Assembly: GCA_965267575.1 (NCBI GenBank)
Contig: OZ254086.1
Span: 32,001 to 96,000 of the forward strand
Reading direction: 5' to 3'
DNA: 64,000 bases
DNA from: Calditrichales bacterium
GTDB lineage: Bacteria > Calditrichota > Calditrichia > Calditrichales > J004
A program made the translations under genes and the position numbers. Positions 61,301 to 64,000 of the stretch are shown here, piece after piece (within the stretch, counting starts at the first letter, position 1; each line of letters starts with the position of its first letter). Below the pieces are notes generated by a model, which saw only the letters and a program-made list of their open reading frames with translations, did not search any database and was not told the DNA's origin.

Positions 61301-61798
61301 CCCTGAAAGGAAGCTGTAATCGCGATGTTTTTCATTTTCTTCCAGCTCGGCTAAATTTAATTTGCCCAATAAAGGATGGACTTTCCCCAGCAATTTTTCA
61401 TACTCTGATAGCGCTCTGTTGTCTCCATCATCAACCACTAAATCCATCTCTGTTTCGGTGGACGCGTTAAAAATTATTTGCGAACGCAAAACTTCCTTGG
61501 GACGACGCCCGCTATATACACGCAATTCAATATCTGCGCTGCCCTTTTCCTGGCGTAAAAATTTGCTCGTTGGATAGGTGATTTTGTAGTCACCATCCAT
61601 GCCCGTGCCCGATTCACCCAATAGTTGCTCGCTGCGTAGGTCAATATCATATGCGCGGACTTTGCCACTTACAAAGGGTTCTCCACTGCTATAGCGGACA
61701 CTCCCCTTTACGACATATAGAGGCTCATTACGTTTTATGGTTCTTTTGGCCTGCTTTTTAGCACGCGTAGTGCTATTACCGGCGGGTTTGCGAGGCAT
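52358..61798 (-). CDS. Tc toxin complex subunit A (TcA-like)
   Basis: SPAAYLVDLL, RRPDL..LPYIDLVNEILE, LIDVEMSACQLTSRIKQA, YRVWEANRKIFLYPENW, YNWELFFH, YLPFEGAGAIS. Confidence 0.9.
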   Translation of the reverse strand: MPRKPAGNSTTRAKKQAKRTIKRNEPLYVVKGSVRYSSGEPFVSGKVRAYDIDLRSEQLLGESGTGMDGDYKITYPTSKFLRQEKGSADIELRVYSGRRPKEVLRSQIIFNASTETEMDLVVDDGDNRALSEYEKLLGKVHPLLGKLNLAELEENEKHRDYSFLSGETGEPQERIGFLAQAHRLSATTKISPEIMYALLRQNIPPELSAMLVQSPDSIELALKTASRNNIISLLSDNKVKAVLNQIKKLAIDQAFEPPEKPGTYTVGDLLATTLKKKSDQRAFLEAYSNHGGTPEEFWKNLENNSAFKDKIDDLRFMSEAGAMTWNHVPLVQELQRRRSRGQISIARDLAQFDAQEWKEIIMGRGRRSIGFPPFIPGESNEEKATNYATILAYMLEDAYPTAAVAYRLVKDTTTGRKDLNTFFAKNVHADDAKFELARTYLEKYLADNEDAMEGVQNPDALKKQIKGIQRLFKLTHYYSEMGTLLKDGYESAYQIARMGKGTFLNRYQKKFGADRTLVIYEKAAQASATAKHLYVKYNSNSQISMPVLPAESPVETENAEGSNQPDNMAAAAPSDSAAIIKDIPDWETLFGSLDYCDCKHCRSAYSPAAYLVDLLHFLKDRKLIDEIERDEDGNITEVIFQDDKTAKNALFGRRPDLGEIELSCENTNTTLPYIDLVNEILEEAVSPAAPSTPFPLDAALESNLNEGIVTEVLQNAFTPALAASAVITTESPDENWKIQDAAFTYTIKKENSTLKVVARSRQTSGTVEALLANPQYINSDAYAVLREALFPLTLPFDLWTEEVRTYLGHLGVQRHELMRVFQKGGTSPQPSELDIAAEQLGLTAAEHAIIRNDPVLTEPWKFWGLQEQGNTIPNEENPVGWVEALLWVRVLLDRSQLSYQELNDLLKTKFVNPDGNIKIKSGDEEDPFTCNTQKLKIIGLDANAAHRLHRFVRLWRKLGWEVADLDSAIAVLQDGVVLNDRLNANLIIQLAHIQSLLSRLNLPLEELLTFWGNISTESDDSLYHRLFQNPAVTNPVDPKFKIEKVKVDSSNQKITDNAATILASLPVTQSELQYLMNDIEQALKDALDPDLQEAIQIPDELTLAGLSKLYRIIKLAGALRLSMRDTRTLIELTGINPFDPANTQNTLDLVEVVAKLREAGISVTELDYLLRHQKRDGTTLEPSEETIARTLGVCRTGLHQIAETYVFNDTIQDRTGELTGQSLALLQWKDRLIAQIISIINDPISNDSPGDFIRRNMKTFHIPDYVSTTSVSSNDIPDFTEELSNKIYYEPSTEKLHFKGAMSEAERDLLKDLSSNGDYSDAIDELFDGPDSQLNDPASAFITETSDINYLVNPDNQANDKFRLILEKLIPHLRRRLSENLLSQLLSEALNLEIESVEKLLMEWINAVSDSSKNCIEDFLAPAFAESNPNVRIIPETFSDPFQSLIRLDKIATIISAFNIQPFELDWVFKAVTHSSFNLNDLPVELGGFPKEKFKQFDCLVNLLLLRDKLHNGALVLRDIFASDTTHNNILNQLVEHTGWDGAELTALTGSSGLDLTFPNNICDKKALSRVYDCFQMMKRLGVSTAQCFAWARPEMTSTDARGAIQAAKTRYEVDRWLTIAQPLRDELREKQRDALVAYLVVRPDADKHQHWQDVNDLYAHFLIDVEMSACQLTSRIKQALSSTQLFVQRCLMNLEPQVVVNSQIDSHWTHWEWMKNYRVWEANRKIFLYPENWIEPALRHDKSPFFKELENELLQNDITMETAETAFRHYLEKLDQVARLEIVGMYHEEETIPGHQGNERLVNVLHVFGRTREIPHIYFYRRRVDDSYWTPWERVDLDIEGDHLIPVVWNRRLYLFWPIFEEKQEKIPVTMPGAGEEVEEGEKYWEIRLAWSECKNDSWQAKRVTANSIRSVITPDENLEDKGIGLHLFKYRISSNGLFIWAISSNFEIINDPTYKRINSFHFTACDSGASIVKDSHTFLQLFNIPGLIQTRPQGMMLQEADIENGKLYLRGDTTNSIALQKTPGLSPYYILYAHQDAIANGISPYTVQTGQRPFFFQDETRTFFLTPMDIILPNDSVIDFLQNRDIVSHFYQGASPVVNLPNDSRFRMESTPIIQIPQVTQPNISTGLDALIRRKTSALLRRKRYRFHLHYHPYVCHFVKNLNRDGIGGLLQRSIQLKRAEFFNIYEPKSIVAQPGPLEDVDFSMYGAYSIYNWELFFHIPFLIASSLSQNQRFEEAQKWFHYIFDPTDASNEPAPQRFWRTRDFYERTRAGYAAQRIQELLNQLAEGESNGELKQQVARWRNNAFQPHMVARLRPVAYQKAVVMKYIDNLIDWGDQLFRRDTIESINEATQLYIMAAEILGRRPENIPPRHGQKPDTFNSLEARLQEGGFSDPLIEIENLVAESSNGTLSPTDDAEITLPLTFYLSKNDNLLRYWDTVADRLFKIRHCMSIEGVVRQLPLFEPPIDPALLVRAAALGVDLNSALNDMNAALPHYRFNVMLQKAVELCNDLRSLGGALLSALEKRDAEELSLLRSSQELQLLSAVNNIRNKQRNEAEESLEGLKRYRDVLQARIDHYSNKGLMNPWEWIHLGLLGSSLLIQLKKSFGETAAATAHTIGLLKIGAPTTAGVLTGGSNIGEALQAGADSLGSHVAWLNTSANLSATLGGYRQRKEEWDHQANIAKKEMNQLNKQLVAAEIRKEIAELELQNHETQIENANEVDEFMRNKFTNKELYQWMVNQVSSMYFQSYQLAYDIAKRAERAFRHELGLTDSNFIRFGYWDSLKKGLLAGEKLHHDLKRMETAYFDQNKREFELTKHVSLVMLNPEQLLKLRETGSCEFEIPEVFFDLDFPGQYMRRIKSVSITIPCVTGPYTNVNAKLTLLSNRIRRTTETSNGYAHTPEDLERDRFMHNVLGIKSIATSSAQNDSGMFEFNFRDERYLPFEGAGAISRWRLELPGEYHQFDYETISDVIIHLNYTARDGGTAFQEAASSYVQRILENSEGLFRMFSARQEFSSEWHRFLNPAGDSTAHSLIMNLNKDSFPLIVKGKDIEFDTAFLLLKMTGDSAYDDNNPIKFTFKREGGPEFTDQDFKLNGSSVEGLPYCIPFQELNSGHEPGKWTIELLESEPSNIEDIFVLLRYKIKSS

Positions 61799-61869
61799 GA
61801 TGTACTCCTTTTTTGAGGATAAAAGATTTTTATCAGCCTGCTATGATATGTCTTTAAGCGGCTTGGTTT

Positions 61870-62391
61870 TTACTGTAAGAGGGCTAACAACAGTGTGAGC
61901 AAAAACAGGAAGAAATAGAAAAACATGATCTGGATAAGGCGTTGAGCCACACGAGGAAGCTTATTAGAAGCCTCTTTCTTTAGTTTTTTATCAGCTTCAA
62001 TACGATAGGGATCATCATAGCACCAAATATCACTCAAGCCCTCTATTTGAAAACGGATATAATCAGCACGGTTCCAACCGCTTCGGATATGCAACCCATA
62101 TTCACGAAGCATGAACATAACATAGGCACTAAGGATTAAACCGATCGCAGAAGTGATAATAACTAATGGCGGCTGTTCAACCTGGAAACCGACCTTTCCG
62201 TTTTCGGCTACTGAAAGATGCTTTGCCATAAAGCCCAACAATGCTCCAAGAAGAGAATAGAAAAATGAAGCCATGGTCCACATCTTGTCTTTTATTTTGG
62301 CCGCATCATCTGTAAACCATTTCCATAGATCCAGGTACTGATTGGTATCACTGTTCAGGCTGTGCTGGGAAACAAGGTTTTTAGCTGACAT
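61870..62391 (-). CDS. hypothetical membrane protein (about 3 TM helices)
   Basis: 173-aa ORF with three hydrophobic segments. Confidence 0.6.
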   Translation of the reverse strand: MSAKNLVSQHSLNSDTNQYLDLWKWFTDDAAKIKDKMWTMASFFYSLLGALLGFMAKHLSVAENGKVGFQVEQPPLVIITSAIGLILSAYVMFMLREYGLHIRSGWNRADYIRFQIEGLSDIWCYDDPYRIEADKKLKKEASNKLPRVAQRLIQIMFFYFFLFLLTLLLALLQ

Positions 62392-62489
62392 TTTTAACTT
62401 TCATACATTTTCTCAAAAGTTTAAAAAGTGTTTCAGACAACTGATGCTTAATCCTACAGAGGTCAGTCAGTTATCACGAATACTCTTAA

Positions 62490-62942
62490 CTAATTAGGAT
62501 GAACGGGGTCATAACATACTCCACCCCTTAAAAAGCAATGCTCTTCACAATCGGCAGCGCCTGTAAGTGAACTGTACATGCAATCCCACTCTGCCTGTTG
62601 AAGCAGTTCGCTTAGACATCTACCGAGTTCTCTGTCTGAACCGCTATTTAGTTTGCAAAACAGAACACCTTCAATAAATTCTGTTTGGGTCATTTCCTGA
62701 ATTAGGGTTCCATCTGAAGATCCCAGATAAAGCTTGATTATTTTACCTTCCTGATCCAGTAAAAATAACCAGGTATGATGTGGAAAAATATAAAGACCGT
62801 CTTTCGAAAGGCCAGACGTTACATCCTTTATTAATATTAGGTCACCATTTTTATCAGACCGGTATTTTTCAGGTAATTGTCTGCCCCACTTTTCTTTATT
62901 TTGCTGGTTGTGCGGATCTAATCTCTGGCATCTATGAGCACT
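62490..62942 (-). other. 150-codon open frame with no early start codon (orphan or decayed gene; only the last 67 aa follow an ATG)
   Basis: Frame is open from the TAA at 62943-62945 to the TAG at 62490-62492. Confidence 0.4.
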
Positions 62943-62956
62943 TTATAAATAGCAGT

Positions 62957-64000
62957 TTAGTTTGGCCTAAAGATCACCCAACCACCTGGTTCTGTAATTA
63001 CAAGATTCCCCAAATTGTCGATGTAACCTTCACCCACAACAAGATGTCCTGAAGGATATGCCCATACTTTCTTAGTCGGTGCTACAATTTCAACCCCAAG
63101 CTCTTTTGCTAATTCAGAGGCCGCAGTAGCCCCGCATCCAGCAGTATCACAAGATAAAAGACGAATTGGCCCCCCTTTGTAGTTTTGGCTTTTTTTTAGC
63201 ATAGCTGCAAATTTCTTTGGACTAAAAACCTGTCCCTGAGTCGTATGAGAAAAACCTTCCTTAGACCCATGAATAATTATGTCTGTATATCCCAGGTCAG
63301 ACTTTGCTTTTCCAGCGTAAATACCATAACGATCTTTCTTAGGTGTAAAATTATGCCCACCCGGATAAGCGCTTTTAGTTCTTCCCCTCGTTATTGATTT
63401 TAATAATGGATTTTTTACTATCAGCACTCCTGGTGCAATTGCTTTTCCAAATTCTCGCGGATCTTTAAGAACTTTTTTGACATAGTCAACCGCTGCATTT
63501 GCATATTTCTCCGGATTATCCCATATATCTTCGACTGTATCAACAAGATTGTTATAATCCTGCTCTAGGGCATTCTTCGCCAATTCTTTTTCCAAATCGT
63601 CACCAAACATACTATACCATTCTTTGGCAAATCGTTCTCCAAGCCATGTTCCAGCTGTATCAAAACCTTCTACTGTTCCTTCGCCTATTCCAATACCAAA
63701 TTCCTTTGTTTCGAAGGCGCGATCCTTAAGTGATTGGACCATTTCTTCATCCAGTGATTTCTTTTTTTTATACAATCCTTCTTCATCAGGATCACTACTT
63801 CTTACCTCTACCGGACCAAGGTAGACGGGCGGTTTTGATTTCGGTTTCTTTTTTGGGTTGCTAGCTTTCCAAGTTTGCCCTATTTTTTCTGCCTCTTTTC
63901 TATCACCTTTTAATCCTTCTTGTGGTCTATAAGTTCGACTAGGTGGAGCTCCACTTACGTCCTCACCTAATCCAATACCGGCAGGTCCCATACCAGTTAT
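62957..64000 (-). CDS. C-terminal part of a polymorphic or Tc-associated toxin with a clan-CD-like cysteine protease tip; 5' end lies outside the window
   Basis: Frame is open to the window edge; DIIIHGS...IRLLSCDT..AASELAKELGVEIVAP His-Gly/Ser-Cys dyad. Confidence 0.65.
   Translation of the reverse strand: MTGMGPAGIGLGEDVSGAPPSRTYRPQEGLKGDRKEAEKIGQTWKASNPKKKPKSKPPVYLGPVEVRSSDPDEEGLYKKKKSLDEEMVQSLKDRAFETKEFGIGIGEGTVEGFDTAGTWLGERFAKEWYSMFGDDLEKELAKNALEQDYNNLVDTVEDIWDNPEKYANAAVDYVKKVLKDPREFGKAIAPGVLIVKNPLLKSITRGRTKSAYPGGHNFTPKKDRYGIYAGKAKSDLGYTDIIIHGSKEGFSHTTQGQVFSPKKFAAMLKKSQNYKGGPIRLLSCDTAGCGATAASELAKELGVEIVAPTKKVWAYPSGHLVVGEGYIDNLGNLVITEPGGWVIFRPN

Larger units (their letters stand above)
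18991..64000. mobile_element. tRNA-targeted integrative genomic island (right end not in window)
   Basis: att remnant, integrase, Rep plus excisionase, defence and toxin cargo, mosaic GC; no intact tRNA seen in the window. Confidence 0.6.

Noticed and set aside
57-63824. Numerous short antisense or nested ORFs in the track
   Set aside because: They lie within well-supported genes on the other strand or frame and show no family motifs.

Overview
The window has two parts. (1) Positions 1-17.4 kb hold a minus-strand uronic-acid polysaccharide utilisation locus: a PL6 lyase, two PF05426/PL38-type lyases, a DUF4861 lipoprotein, a GH88-GH2 fusion, kduI, uxaC, kduD, a TRAP transporter, uxuB and uxuA. 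(2) From about 17.5 kb to the window end lies an accessory region. It opens with a decayed mobile-element relic, then a tRNA(Asn-like) 3'-end att remnant and a tyrosine integrase. Its cargo comprises a split DnaB-like gene; a TIR-TM gene paired with a secreted TPR gene; an AT-rich locus with two uncharacterised genes followed by three tiny secreted peptides that share a PxxSxLP..DGL motif; a scar region of covarying hairpin palindromes, repeated GmrSD 3' ends and AbiE fragments; a defence cluster (GmrSD-like, DUF4145, an REase-like pair, a DISARM-like helicase/SNF2/methylase trio, DUF2779); a Rep-excisionase module; and a Tc-toxin locus cut by the window edge. The best candidates for undescribed biology are the peptide trio locus (25.8-29.2 kb), the TIR-TM/periplasmic TPR pair (21.5-25.3 kb) and the hairpin/scar array (29.3-30.9 kb). 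All family calls come from motif recognition by eye; no searches were run.
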